Positions 1 to 11,226 of a stretch of 64,000 nucleotides of DNA are shown one piece after another; the first letter of the stretch is position 1, and every line of letters starts with the position of its first letter. This DNA comes from an uncultured Solirubrobacteraceae bacterium (GTDB lineage Bacteria > Actinomycetota > Thermoleophilia > Solirubrobacterales > Solirubrobacteraceae): NCBI GenBank assembly GCA_963844405.1, contig CAWJNZ010000006.1, forward strand, positions 22,247 to 86,246. Direction: 5' to 3'. Position numbers and translations under genes: made by a program. The notes below the pieces were generated by a model. That model was not told where the DNA came from. It saw only the letters and a list, made by a program, of their open reading frames with translations, and made no database searches.

Positions 1-133
1 GCGATGTCGCGACTATGCGAGACGATGACGATGCCGACCATGGGCCGAGTCTAAAGTATCGAAGCCGATTCGACAATGTCGAATCCTGACCAGCAGCTCG
101 AGACCTTCGGGCCGTCGCGGCACGATCCAGTCC

Positions 134-883
134 GTGGACCGCGCCGCGCGGATCCTGAAGGCGCTCGCGTCCGGGCCGCGGCGGCTCGGGGTGTCGCAGC
201 TGGCCGACCAGCTCGGCCTCCAGCGCCCGACGGTCCATGGACTGCTCCAGACGCTGCAGGCGCATGGCTTCGTCGAGCAGGACCGGGACTCCGACAAGTA
301 CCAGCTGGCCGCCGGGCTGCTGCACCTGGGCACCTCCTACCTCGACCACAACGAGCTGCGCGCCCGCTCGCTGGTGCACGCCGAACGCCTGGCGAGCACA
401 GCCGGCGAGGCGGTGCGCGTCGGCGTCATGCACGGCTCCTCCGTCGTGGTCGTCCACCATGTCTTCCGTCCGGACACGGCGTTCCAGGTGCTCGAGGTCG
501 GCGCCCAGCTGCCGGCCCACGCGAGCGCGTTGGGAAAGGCGATGCTCGCCCACGCTGACGCCGAGACCATCGCCGAGCTGACCGCCGAGCCGCTGCTCCG
601 GCTCACGCAGAAGACGCTCACCGCCGCCGGGCTGATCGAGGAGCTCGAACAGGTCCGCGAGCGCGGGATCGCGCGCGAGCGCGACGAAGCCGTGCTGGGC
701 GAGTCGAGCCTCGCCGCGCCGATCTTCGACCACGCCGGCCATGCCGTTGGCGCCATCGGAGTGGTCGGCGACACGCCACGGCTCCTGCCGCGAACCGCCC
801 CGAAGCGCATCGTCGCCGCCGTCGCTGACGCCGCTCGCTCGGTCTCGCGCGAGCTGGGCGCGGCTTCGCGCCCGTTCGGATAG
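134..883 (+). CDS. IclR-family transcriptional regulator
   Basis: Intact 249-aa ORF. N-terminal winged HTH (ARILKALASGPRRLGVSQLADQLGLQRPTVHGLLQTL) followed by an IclR-type effector domain pattern. Confidence 0.9.
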   Translation: MDRAARILKALASGPRRLGVSQLADQLGLQRPTVHGLLQTLQAHGFVEQDRDSDKYQLAAGLLHLGTSYLDHNELRARSLVHAERLASTAGEAVRVGVMHGSSVVVVHHVFRPDTAFQVLEVGAQLPAHASALGKAMLAHADAETIAELTAEPLLRLTQKTLTAAGLIEELEQVRERGIARERDEAVLGESSLAAPIFDHAGHAVGAIGVVGDTPRLLPRTAPKRIVAAVADAARSVSRELGAASRPFG

Positions 884-1567
884 CGGCCGTCGCGCGCCGA
901 TGGTCTCCGCGTACACGGGGATCCACTCGCTCATCGGCGCCGGCTCGTCGTCGACCAAGTTGTAGACGCCCGGCGCGCCGCGCTCCACGGCCGCCACGGT
1001 CGCCGCCGCGGCGTCGTCGACGTGGACGAACGAGAACAGCCCGCGGCCCTGACCCACGATCGGGAACCGCCGCCGCGCGACCTCGCGCGCTGTCGAGCCG
1101 CCCTGGCCGTAGTAGGTGCCCGGGCCGTAGAACCAGCCGTAGCGCAGGACGAGCCCGCCGGCCTCGAGCACCATGCGCTCCATATCGGCGATCGCCCGGG
1201 TGGCGGCCCCGAACGGCGGGGCGCGTCGGTGAACAGCGGGGCGTCCTCGTCGAGCACCCGCGGCTCGCCATGGGGCCGGTACGCGCTCGGTGCGGATGCG
1301 GTTGGTGGCGTCGTAGAGGTGGGTCTTGCGCGGGTCGAAGCGCGGCGGCAGCGCCGTCAGCTGGTGCACCACCGCGTCCGGCTCGGCGGCGGCGACCGCG
1401 GCCTCCAAGGCGGCGGTGTCGAGCGCGTCGCAGACCACGGCCGTCGCGCCGACCTGCTCGACGACCTGCGGGCGCGAGCGCGTCGTCCCCGTCACCTCGT
1501 GCCCGGCCGCGACGAGCTGAGCGACCAGCGGGCGGCCGATCGCGCCGCTCGCACCGGCCACGAACAC
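884..1567 (-). pseudogene. NAD-dependent epimerase/dehydratase-like (atypical SDR) gene remnant
   Basis: This minus frame is absent from the ORF track because it runs off the left window edge without a stop. GTG at 1567, then VFVAGASGAIGRPLVAQLVAAGHEVTG (Rossmann GxxGxxG), later LRYGWFYGPGTYY, FSFVHVDDAAAATVAAVE and YNLVDDEPAP. About 23 central codons are garbled; another frame there reads GEPRVLDEDAPLFTDAP. Part of the usual family core is missing. There is no in-frame stop before it runs antisense into the IclR gene. Confidence 0.55.
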
Positions 1568-1577
1568 CTCACCATGC

Positions 1578-2833
1578 CTACAACGACGCGCGCAGGATGG
1601 CGGCGAGGTCCTCGGCACCGGCCTCGCGCGGCGCGACCACGAGGAGACGCTGCTGCTTCAACGCTCCATCGACCAGCGCGTCCACGTCCTCGATCCCGTA
1701 GCCCAGCTCGCCGATCGAGGTCGGCACGCCGACGTCGCGCATGAGCGTCGAGCAGGAGGTCGGGCAGCGTGTTCTCGTCGGCGTCCGGCAGCGGCTCGCC
1801 GGTCAGCAGCTCGGCCGCGCGGCGGTGGCGGTCCGGCGCCGCCTCGTAGGTGAAGCGGAAGGCGGCCGGCGCGGTGACGATCACGGATTGCCCGTGCGGG
1901 ACGAATCCGTGGTCGTCCGGATAGCCCGGCGGGTGGTACTCAGTGCTTCAGCCCCGCGATCGGGTACGCGCACGCGTGCGGGATGTGCACGCCCGCCGCC
2001 CCGAAGCCGATCCCGGCGAGCGAGGCGGCGAGCATCATCCAGCCGCGCGCCTCCTGGTCGCCGCCGACCGCGTCGCGGAGGTAGCGCCCGCCGTACTCCA
2101 GCGCCTTGGCCGACCAGATGTCGGAGATCGGCGTCGAGCCCTGGTAGGGCGGCCGGTCGCCCGGCGACTCCGGCTGCTCGCGCTCGGAGAACGGCTTGGC
2201 GACGAACGACTCGGCGGCGTGGCAGATGACGTCGAGCCCGCACGAGGCGACCACCTCGGGCGGCAGCGTGTCGGTCAGCGCCGGGTCGACGATCGCCTGG
2301 TCGGGCCGCAGGTAGCGGTGCGAGATCCCGGACTTCACGTGCTGATCCGGGATGTCGAGGATCGCCACGGTGGTCGCCTCGGCGCCCGAGCCGCAGGTGG
2401 TCGGGATCGCCAGCAGCGGCTTGAGCGCCGACGGCGGCTTGCGCCCCTCGCCGACCGGCGGGTTGACGTACTCCATGATCTCGCCGCCGTGGGTGGCGAT
2501 CAGGTCGGAGACCTTCGCCGTGTCGATGCTCGACCCGCCGCCGATGCCGACGAAGCCGTCGAAGCCGCCGTCGACCGCGAACGCGGCGGCTTCCCCGAAG
2601 GACTCGTCGGTCGGCTCCACCCGGGCGCGGTCCCACACCTCGACCTCGATCCCCGAGGCCTCGACCGACTCGCGCACGCGGCCGGTGATGCCGGCCTCCG
2701 CCACTCCGGGGTCGGAGACCAGCATCGCCCGCTTCACTCCCAGCCGCTCGAGCTCCCAGCCGGCCTCGGCGGCAGCCCCGCGGCCGTACTTGAGCGGCGT
2801 CGCCTCGAGTGTGAAGACCTGCTCGCGGCTCAC
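1578..2833 (-). pseudogene. Iron-containing alcohol dehydrogenase (hydroxyacid-oxoacid transhydrogenase-like), two frameshifts
   Basis: N-terminal 297 aa are intact (GIGGGSSIDTAK, PTTCGSGAE, stop at 1940). The protein continues in a second frame (YHPPGYPDDHGFVPHGQSVIVTAPAAFRFTYEAAP...LLLDA). A third frame from about 1745 reads LMRDVGVPTSIGELGYGIEDVDALVDGALKQQRLLVVAPRE and stops at 1578. Confidence 0.8.
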
Positions 2834-4209
2834 CTCGTCTCGGCCGGCTCGCGGAAGCGCTCGCGGTCGAACCGGCGCTCGCGCACCAGCTCGCGCTCCT
2901 CGTCCTCGTCGGCGTGGACGTCCTTGTGCAGCGTCTCAGGCGCGAGCAGCGTCGCGATCACCGAGATCGCGCCCAGGCCCACCATGTACAGGGCGACGAG
3001 CGTCGGGCTGCCGCCGTTGGCGGCCAGCAGCGCGGTTGCGATCAGCGGCGCGAAGCCGCCCGCGAAGACCGACGCCAGCTGGTAGCCCAGCGATGCGCCG
3101 CTGTAGCGCACGCGTGTGCCGAACAGCTCGGAGAAGTAGGCGCCCTGCGGGCCGTACATGAGGTCGTGGCCGAGGTTGATGCCGACGACGATCGAGAGCC
3201 AGATGAGCACCGGCGACTCGGTGTTGATGAGGCCGAAGAGCGGGAACGCCCACAGCGTCGTGATCAGGGCACCCGCGAGGTACAGCGGCTTGCGGCCGAA
3301 GCGGTCGGACAGGTGCCCCCACAGCGGGACGGTCACAAGGCCGATCGCCGCGGCGATGATCACCCCGGTCAGCATCGTGCCCTTGGCCAGGCCGAGCTCC
3401 TCCTCACCGTAGGCGAGGACGAAGACCGTGAGGATGTAGAAGCAGCCGTTCTCGCCGACGCGCATGCCCATCGCGGTCAGCACCTCGCGCGGGTACTTGC
3501 GGACGACGTCGACGATCGGCTTCGGCGCCTCCGTCTTGGTCTCCTTGACCCGCTCGAACGCGGGCGACTCCATGATCTTCAGGCGGATGAAGAGGCCGAC
3601 GCCGACGAGGACGGCGCTGGCCAGGAACGGGATCCGCCAGCCCCAGGCCATGAACGCGGCCTCGCTGGTCATCGCCTGGACGAGCGCGAACGCGCCGGTC
3701 GAGAGCAGCAGGCCGGCGGGCACGCCCATCTGCGGCCACGAGCCGAAGAAGCCGCGGCGCCCATCCGGCGCGTGCTCGACCGACATCAGCACCGCGCCAC
3801 CCCACTCGCCGCCGACGCCGATGCCCTGGGCGAAGCGCAGGACGACCAGCAGGATCGGCGCCATGATCCCGATCGAGGTGAACGTCGGCAGCACGCCGAT
3901 CAGGAACGTCGCGATCCCCATGATGAGCAGCGACAGCACGAGCATCGACTTGCGACCGATGCGGTCGCCGAAGTGCCCGAAGACGATGCCGCCGATCGGG
4001 CGCGCGGCGAAGCCCACCGCATAGGTGCCGAAGGCCAGCAGCGTGCCGACCAGCGGCTCTGACTCCGGGAAGAACAGCTCGCCGAAGACCAGCGCGGCAG
4101 CGGTGCCGTACAGGAAGAAGTCGTACCACTCGATGGTGGTTCCGATGAAGCTGGCGGTCGCGACCTTCTTGATCGATTGAGTCGCGCCCCCACGATCAGC
4201 AGCGTCCAT
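2830..4209 (-). CDS. MFS transporter, metabolite:H+ symporter (MHS) type
   Basis: Intact 459-aa ORF. IEWYDFFLYGTAAALVFGELFF and GHFGDRIGRK motifs with multiple hydrophobic spans. 4-nt overlap with the downstream ADH gene. Confidence 0.9.
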   Translation of the reverse strand: MDAADRGGATQSIKKVATASFIGTTIEWYDFFLYGTAAALVFGELFFPESEPLVGTLLAFGTYAVGFAARPIGGIVFGHFGDRIGRKSMLVLSLLIMGIATFLIGVLPTFTSIGIMAPILLVVLRFAQGIGVGGEWGGAVLMSVEHAPDGRRGFFGSWPQMGVPAGLLLSTGAFALVQAMTSEAAFMAWGWRIPFLASAVLVGVGLFIRLKIMESPAFERVKETKTEAPKPIVDVVRKYPREVLTAMGMRVGENGCFYILTVFVLAYGEEELGLAKGTMLTGVIIAAAIGLVTVPLWGHLSDRFGRKPLYLAGALITTLWAFPLFGLINTESPVLIWLSIVVGINLGHDLMYGPQGAYFSELFGTRVRYSGASLGYQLASVFAGGFAPLIATALLAANGGSPTLVALYMVGLGAISVIATLLAPETLHKDVHADEDEERELVRERRFDRERFREPAETR

Positions 4210-4257
4210 GGTTCCTCGCCTCCCTTGGGTCTCAGGTACCGATTTTCGGGCTACCCA

Positions 4258-5232
4258 TCACAGGGCGCGCCCGAACCAGGCGAGCGAGAGCGCGCCGCCG
4301 GCCAGCAGGAGCACGATCGCGCCGCCCGCAAAGGCTGCGGTGACCTCGTGCTCGACCGGCCGCGACGACAGCCGGGTCCCCAAGTTGGCGTAGATGGACT
4401 CGAGACGGGCGGCGTCGGGGGCGGCGAAGTAGCGCCCGCCGGTGATGCGCGCGATCTCGCGGAGGGTCTCCGTGTCGGGCGGCACGAGGATGCGCTGAAG
4501 GCCGCCGAACTGGTCGCGCACCTCGACCTCGCCGGAGGGCGTGCCGAGCGCGATGGCGAAGATCGGGACCTTGAGGCGCTGCGCCTCGCGGGCGACGTCG
4601 AGCGGCGAGATGCTGCTCTGCGTGTCCTTGCCGTCGGAGAGCAGGACGAGCACGGAGGGGAGGCGGCGGGTGCCGGTGCCGCGCTCGTCGGGCACGGGCG
4701 TGCGGGCCAGCTCGAGCGCGCGCTGGAGGCCGACGGCCATCGCCGTCCCGCCCTCGGCGCGCAGGCGGTCGAGCGCCGCGCGGACCGGCCCGCGGTCGGT
4801 CGTGGGCGGCGACTGCACCTGCGCGTTGTCGGCGAACGTGACCATGCCGAGCCGGAAGGTCTCCGGCAGCTCGTCGGTCAGCCGGCGCGCGGCGCGGACG
4901 GCGGCGGTCAACCGGTCGGGCTCGACGTCGTTGGCGTTCATCGAGCCCGAGATGTCGGTGACCATCATCACCGTCGCCGCCCGTTGCGGCGCGGCCACCG
5001 TCCGCTGCGGCCGCGCGAGCGCGATCACGAGCGTGGCGAGCGCGAGCAGGATCAGCAGCGGCGGGACATGGCGCCGCCAGCCCGGGCGGGCGGTGACGAG
5101 GTTGGGCAGCAGCGCGGGGTTGGCGAAGGCCGCCGCCTCGCGCCGGCGCCGTCGCTGCATCGAGAGGTACGCGAGCGCCGCCAGCGGGATGAGGATCAGG
5201 CCGGCGAGCATGACGGGCTCGCGAAAGCTCAC
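4258..5232 (-). CDS. VWA domain-containing membrane protein (BatA/BatB-like)
   Basis: 324 aa. N-terminal TM segments, then a VWA MIDAS motif (MVTDISGSM) and a C-terminal TM. Last gene of the MoxR operon. Confidence 0.85.
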   Translation of the reverse strand: MSFREPVMLAGLILIPLAALAYLSMQRRRRREAAAFANPALLPNLVTARPGWRRHVPPLLILLALATLVIALARPQRTVAAPQRAATVMMVTDISGSMNANDVEPDRLTAAVRAARRLTDELPETFRLGMVTFADNAQVQSPPTTDRGPVRAALDRLRAEGGTAMAVGLQRALELARTPVPDERGTGTRRLPSVLVLLSDGKDTQSSISPLDVAREAQRLKVPIFAIALGTPSGEVEVRDQFGGLQRILVPPDTETLREIARITGGRYFAAPDAARLESIYANLGTRLSSRPVEHEVTAAFAGGAIVLLLAGGALSLAWFGRAL

Positions 5233-5263
5233 GCCAGCACCTCCCGCACGATCGTCCGCAGGG

Positions 5264-6280
5264 TCATCCGAGCGACTCCCGGTCGTCGTCTTCGATCGGG
5301 GGGCGCGGGCGGCCCGCTCGTGCCGCCGCCACGGCGCGGGCCGGCGAGGTCGCCCGCAGCGCCGCTTCGCCGCGGCGCAGGTGGGTGGCGAGGTCGCGCA
5401 GCCAGTCGCCCTGGGTGCTCAGCACGAGATGGTCGGCGCCGGCCCCGCGGATCGTCGCCGCGACCTCCTCGCGCTCCTCCGCCGCCGCCTTGGCGAACCG
5501 CCGCCGGACGCTGCGCCTGCTCGTGTTGACCTGGAGCTGGCGACCGGTCTCGGGGTCCACGAGCCAGAGGTCGCCCATCGGCGTCAGCTCCATCTCGCGC
5601 GGGTCGCGGATCTCCACGGCCAGGACGCCGTGGCGGGCGCGCAGGGCGCGCAGCGGCCCCTCCCAGTCGCGCTCGCCGCGGAAGTCGGACACGATCACGA
5701 CCAGCCCGCGCTGGCGGGCGACGGCGGCCGTGGCGGCGACGGCCGCGCGCAGCGAGCCGGCGCCGTCCTCAGGCTCGTGACGCAACTCGGCCAGCAGCTG
5801 CAGCAGCCCGATCCGGCCCTGCCGCGGCCGCAGCACCTTCGGCGCGCCGCCGCCGAACGCGACCAGGCCGAGCCGGTTCCCGCGCCGCGACGCCACATGG
5901 CCGACGGCGATCGCCACGCCCTCGGCGACGTCGGCCTTGCGGCGGTCGGCGGTGCCGAACGCCATCGAGGCCGAGGCGTCGAGCACCAGCCACGCGGTCA
6001 GCGCCCGCTCGCCGACGTGCACCCGCACGTGCGGCTCGCGCATGCGCGCGGTCACGTTCCAGTCGATGTAGCGGACGTCGTCGCCGGGGAAGTACGGCCG
6101 GATCATCGCCAGCTCGGTGCCGGCGCCGACCTGCGGCGTCAGGTGCTCGCCCGGCACGAGGCTCTCCACCCGCCGCAGGACGGCGAGGTCGAGCGAGCGC
6201 AGGACGGCGGGCGGGACGGGGCCGGGCCCGGGCCGCTCGGGCGGGCGCTCGACGACGGGCAGCGCGCGGTGGCGTCTCAC
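5264..6280 (-). CDS. DUF58 domain protein
   Basis: Within ORF 5264..6517. The GTG at 6280 overlaps the upstream stop (GTGA). Typical DUF58 core YFPGDDVRYIDWNVTAR...LVLDASASM. Confidence 0.8.
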   Translation of the reverse strand: MRRHRALPVVERPPERPGPGPVPPAVLRSLDLAVLRRVESLVPGEHLTPQVGAGTELAMIRPYFPGDDVRYIDWNVTARMREPHVRVHVGERALTAWLVLDASASMAFGTADRRKADVAEGVAIAVGHVASRRGNRLGLVAFGGGAPKVLRPRQGRIGLLQLLAELRHEPEDGAGSLRAAVAATAAVARQRGLVVIVSDFRGERDWEGPLRALRARHGVLAVEIRDPREMELTPMGDLWLVDPETGRQLQVNTSRRSVRRRFAKAAAEEREEVAATIRGAGADHLVLSTQGDWLRDLATHLRRGEAALRATSPARAVAAARAGRPRPPIEDDDRESLG

Positions 6281-7245
6281 GGCAGCCGCCCTCCGCGCGC
6301 CATCGCCGCGACCATCCCGAAGATCATCAGCGCCAGCCCGCCGCCGGCGAACGCCGCGGTCACCTCCTGCTTCTCGCGTCGCGTCGCCAGCCGCGTCCCG
6401 AGGCCGCGGTAGATCTCGGTCAGGCGCTGCGCGTCGGCCGCCTGGTAGAAGCGCCCGCGCGTCTCGCGCGCGATCTCCTGCAGCGTCGTCGTGTCGGGCG
6501 GGACCGGCTCGCGCCACGTCGTGCCGTCGCGCCGCGTGTGCGTGATGTAGCCCTGCTGCGTGCCGAGCGCGACCGTGTAGACCGGCACGCGGAAGCGGCG
6601 GGCGCGCTCGGCGACGGTGATCGGGTCCTCGTCGCCCGCCGTGTTGGCGCCGTCGGAGAGGAGCACGAGCGCCGCGGGCAGCCGCTGCGGGATGCCGAGC
6701 TCGTTGGACACCGGCGCCCGCGCCGCCTCGAGGCCCAGCGCCAGCCCGTCGCCCATCGCCGTCTTGCCGCCGAACTTCAGCCCGTCGAGGCCGACGCGCA
6801 CGCGCGCCTTGTCGGTCGTCGGCTCGACCAGCTGCTCGGCCGCGGTGCCGAAGCCGACCAGCCCGAGGCGGAAGTCGCGCGGCAGCTTCTCCACGAGCGT
6901 GCGGCCCGCCTCCTTGGCGGCGGTCAGGCGGTCGGGCCGGATGTCCTCGGCGAACATCGAGCCCGAGGTGTCGGTGACCATCACCACCACGGCCTGGCGC
7001 TGCTCGGCGGCCACCGTGCGCTCCGGCCGCGCGAGCGCGATCAGCAGCGCCGCCAGCGCGAGCAGCGCGAGCAGCGCCGGGAGATGGCGCATCCAGCCGA
7101 CCCGCGCGGCCACCGAGGCCAGCACGTCGATGTTCGTGTAGCGCACCGCGAACCGCCGCTGGCGGCGCTGGGCGATCACGTAGGCGACCAGCGCGAGGGG
7201 GACGAGCGCCAGCCCCAGCAGCAGGAGCGGCTCGCGGAACGACAT
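6277..7245 (-). CDS. VWA domain-containing membrane protein (BatA/BatB-like), second copy
   Basis: 322 aa, same architecture as 4258..5232 (MSFREPLLLLGL..., MVTDTSGSM). Confidence 0.85.
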   Translation of the reverse strand: MSFREPLLLLGLALVPLALVAYVIAQRRQRRFAVRYTNIDVLASVAARVGWMRHLPALLALLALAALLIALARPERTVAAEQRQAVVVMVTDTSGSMFAEDIRPDRLTAAKEAGRTLVEKLPRDFRLGLVGFGTAAEQLVEPTTDKARVRVGLDGLKFGGKTAMGDGLALGLEAARAPVSNELGIPQRLPAALVLLSDGANTAGDEDPITVAERARRFRVPVYTVALGTQQGYITHTRRDGTTWREPVPPDTTTLQEIARETRGRFYQAADAQRLTEIYRGLGTRLATRREKQEVTAAFAGGGLALMIFGMVAAMARGGRLP

Positions 7246-8271
<1,026 letters not shown>

Positions 8272-8281
8272 CCCGGGTCTC

Positions 8282-9355
8282 CTATGGGTTCGCCTGCTCG
8301 GGCTGCTCGCCGAGCGTCACCGTGAGGGTACGCCGTTCGCCGCCGCGCTCGACGACGACGCGCACGTCGTCGCCCGGCCGCCGCGAGTTGACGACCCCCG
8401 ACACGTCGTCGGGATCGCGCACCGGCTGGTCGTTGATCTCGACGATGACGTCGCCCTCGCGGAGCCCGGCGCGGGCCGCCGGACCGTCGGCGACCACGCC
8501 GCCGACCGCCGCCCCGCCCTCCTGCGCGAGGCCGCTGGAGACGCCGAGGAAGGCGCGCTCGGGGTCCTGGCCCTTCTCGAGCGCGGGCAGCGAGCGCTTG
8601 ATCTCGTCGACCGGGACGGCGAAGCCGACGCCGGTGTTGGCGTTGCCGCCACCGGTGCGGATCTGCGAGTTGACGCCGATCACGCGGCCCTCCTCGTCGA
8701 GCAGCGGGCCGCCCGAGTTGCCGGGGTTGATCGCGGCGTCGGTCTGGATCGCTCCGGAGATCGAGAAGCCGTTCGGGGCCTGGATCGTGCGCCCGAGGGC
8801 CGACACGATGCCGCTGGTGACCGTGCCCGTGAGCCCGAACGGGCTGCCGATGGCGATCGCCGGGTCGCCGGGCCGCAGGTCCTCGGAGGCGCCCAGCTCG
8901 AGCGGCTGGAACTCGGCGTCGCCGGGGTCGACCTTGAGCAGCGCGAGGTCGACCGCCGGGTCGTCGCCCAGCAGCTTGGCCTCGACCGGCTCGCCGTCCT
9001 CGCCGAAGCGGACGCGGAACTCGTCCGCGCCCTCGACGACGTGCTGGTTGGTGATGATGTGGCCCTCGTCGTCGATCACGAAGCCCGAGCCGGAGGCCGC
9101 CTGGCCGCCGCCCGGGAACGGCAGGTCACCGCGGCCCGAGTTGGCCTGGACGAAGACGACGCCGGGCGACACGCGGTCGTAGAGGTCGGCGACGTCGAGC
9201 GCCGCGCCCGAGGGGGCTGGCGTCGTCGTCCGGGGGGCGGTGCTGGTCCGGGCGGGTGGGTCCGCGTCGTCGTCGAGGACGCCCGCCAGGGCGAGGACCG
9301 CGACCACGGCGCCGACCGACACCGCGCCGGCGACGAAGAACAGGAGCCGGCTCAT
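8282..9355 (-). CDS. htrA: HtrA/DegP-type S1C serine protease with PDZ domain
   Basis: 357 aa. N-terminal TM anchor, ITNQHVV (His), GNSGGPLL (Ser) and a C-terminal PDZ-like segment (GLREGDVIVEINDQPV). Confidence 0.9.
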   Translation of the reverse strand: MSRLLFFVAGAVSVGAVVAVLALAGVLDDDADPPARTSTAPRTTTPAPSGAALDVADLYDRVSPGVVFVQANSGRGDLPFPGGGQAASGSGFVIDDEGHIITNQHVVEGADEFRVRFGEDGEPVEAKLLGDDPAVDLALLKVDPGDAEFQPLELGASEDLRPGDPAIAIGSPFGLTGTVTSGIVSALGRTIQAPNGFSISGAIQTDAAINPGNSGGPLLDEEGRVIGVNSQIRTGGGNANTGVGFAVPVDEIKRSLPALEKGQDPERAFLGVSSGLAQEGGAAVGGVVADGPAARAGLREGDVIVEINDQPVRDPDDVSGVVNSRRPGDDVRVVVERGGERRTLTVTLGEQPEQANP

Positions 9356-9375
9356 GCCGCATACCTATAGCCGCC

Positions 9376-9446
9376 CGGTCAGGACTGGATAAAGGTCGTC
9401 GGGATCTGACGAGAGGCCGGGGCGCCGCGGTCAGGACTGGACAAAG
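9376..9446. promoter_or_regulatory. Two 19-nt direct repeats (18/19 identical) upstream of htrA
   Basis: cggtcaggactggaTaaag at 9376..9394 and cggtcaggactggaCaaag at 9428..9446, 52 nt start-to-start. The proximal copy ends about 21 nt from the htrA ATG. A TATAGG box lies between it and the ATG. The distal copy overlaps the stop region of the HAD gene. Confidence 0.4.
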
Positions 9447-10072
9447 CCGAGCGCGGCCGGGAGGTCGGCCGGGCGGGCGACGATCGGGTCGGCGCCGGCC
9501 GCGCGCAGCTCGGCCTCGTCGCCGATCCCCCACAGGACGCCGACGCACGCGATGCCGTTGGCGCGCGCCGCCTCGGCGTCGTGGCTGCGGTCGCCGACCA
9601 GCGGCGCGTCGGCGACCCCGAGCGTCTCGAGCGCGCGGCGCACCGTCTCGGTCTTGACCTCCTCGGGCGCGTCGAGCTCCGGACCGCAGACGGCGGTCAG
9701 CGACGGGGCCAGGCCCAGGCGCTCGCACAGCGGCTCGGCAAAGGCGCGCGGCTTGCTCGTGGCCACGGCGACCGGCACCCGCGCCGCGACCGCGGCGAGC
9801 GCCTCGGCGGCCCCCGCCACGAGCGCGGTCTCCTCGAGGCTCGACCAGACGTAGCGCTCGCGGTAGGCGGCGAGGCAGGCGGCGGCGCGCTCGGGGCCGG
9901 CGAGCTCGGCGAACGCGTCGAGCAGCGGCGGGCCGATGAACCGCTCCAGCGCGGCCGCCTCCGGCACCGGTGCGCCGGTCTCGCGCAGGCCGTGCTGGAT
10001 GCAGCGCACGATCGCCACCCGCGAGTCGATCAGCACGCCGTCGAGGTCGAAGAGGACCGCCGCGGGCGTCAT
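9431..10072 (-). CDS. HAD-family phosphatase (phosphoglycolate phosphatase-like)
   Basis: Real part of ORF 9431..10609. Starts at the ATG at 10072 (ATGA overlap with gpsA). DLDGVLIDS motif I, later GDRSHD. Confidence 0.85.
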   Translation of the reverse strand: MTPAAVLFDLDGVLIDSRVAIVRCIQHGLRETGAPVPEAAALERFIGPPLLDAFAELAGPERAAACLAAYRERYVWSSLEETALVAGAAEALAAVAARVPVAVATSKPRAFAEPLCERLGLAPSLTAVCGPELDAPEEVKTETVRRALETLGVADAPLVGDRSHDAEAARANGIACVGVLWGIGDEAELRAAGADPIVARPADLPAALGFVQS

Positions 10073-11160
10073 ACCGGGCGCTGGCGCATGCGCATCCGCA
10101 GCCGCCACCACCAGCGCCGCCAGGCGGCGCCGCTGTCGAACCGGGCGGGCGCCGGGACGGTGGCGCGCACCTGCGCCACCCAGTCGTCGAGGGGCAGCTC
10201 GCCCGCGATCAGGCGGTTGAGGGCGGTCGTCACCGGCGCCTCGATGTCGGCCAGCGCGAGCGCCGCGGCGAGCAGCGGCACCATGTCGAGCGCCTCGACG
10301 GCCTGCCCGATCCGCTCCGGGATCTCGTGCGCCGGCACCCCGTCGGCCAGCAGCTCGCCCGCGCGCCGGTTGCGGCTCTGCGGCGCCAGGGCGGTGGCCA
10401 CCAGGTCGCCGGTGCCGGCCAGCCCGATCATCGACTCGGGGCGCGCGCCCTGGCGCTCGGCGAAGCGCCAGACCTCGAGGAAGATGTGCCCGGCCGCCGC
10501 CCCCGCCGCGTTGAGGCCCTGCGCCTCGGTCGCGCCGGCCGCCAGCGCGGCCGCGTTCTTGGCCACCCCCGAGAGCTCGACGCCGACCGGGTCGCCGGAC
10601 TGCTCGCACACCACTCCGGCGCGCATGAAGACGCCGGCGATCATGGCCGCCAGCTGGCTGTCGGTGCTGGCAGCCACCAGCCCGGCGCCCTCGGTGACCA
10701 TCTCGCGGGCGTGGGCAGGACCGCCCACGCAGGCGACGCGGCTCGCGCCGAGCGCGTTCGACAGCAGCGTCGTCGGGGCCAGGCCCTCGGGCGGGACGAG
10801 GCCCTTGGCGAGCGACACCACCGGCGTGCGGCGCCCGAGCCCGGCGCGCTCGAGCCCGGCGATCACCTCGTCGAGCCCGCGCGAGGGAACCCCGAGGAAG
10901 ACGTAGTCGGCGCGGCTCAGACCGCCCTCGATCGACTCGATGCGCAGCTCGCGCGGGAGCTCCACCTCGGGCAGGTACTCGCGGTTCTCGCGGTCGCGCT
11001 CGAGACGCTCCGCCTGCTCGGGCGTGCGGGCCTGCAGGGTCGTGCGAAACCCGCCGCGCGCCAGCAGAACGGCCGTCGCGGTGCCGAACGAGCCGGCGCC
11101 GATGACGACGGCGCGACGCGTTCCGGGCGAGGGCAGGGACAGGTGGGGCCGCGGCGGCAT
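10069..11160 (-). CDS. gpsA: NAD(P)H-dependent glycerol-3-phosphate dehydrogenase
   Basis: [17 protein letters not shown] Rossmann motif and GpsA-like body. An alternative upstream ATG lies at 11202. Confidence 0.85.
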   Translation of the reverse strand: MPPRPHLSLPSPGTRRAVVIGAGSFGTATAVLLARGGFRTTLQARTPEQAERLERDRENREYLPEVELPRELRIESIEGGLSRADYVFLGVPSRGLDEVIAGLERAGLGRRTPVVSLAKGLVPPEGLAPTTLLSNALGASRVACVGGPAHAREMVTEGAGLVAASTDSQLAAMIAGVFMRAGVVCEQSGDPVGVELSGVAKNAAALAAGATEAQGLNAAGAAAGHIFLEVWRFAERQGARPESMIGLAGTGDLVATALAPQSRNRRAGELLADGVPAHEIPERIGQAVEALDMVPLLAAALALADIEAPVTTALNRLIAGELPLDDWVAQVRATVPAPARFDSGAAWRRWWWRLRMRMRQRPV

Positions 11161-11226
11161 CGGGTAATGATGGCGGTAAGTGGCGCCTCGGGAGGGCGCC
11201 ATCTCTCAGACAGGGGAGGGTGGACT

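Noticed and set aside
9970-11226. Roughly 420-codon N-terminal extension of the LVIVD protein ORF
   Set aside because: It is antisense to gpsA and the HAD gene and is low complexity. A strong RBS plus signal peptide begins at 11227.
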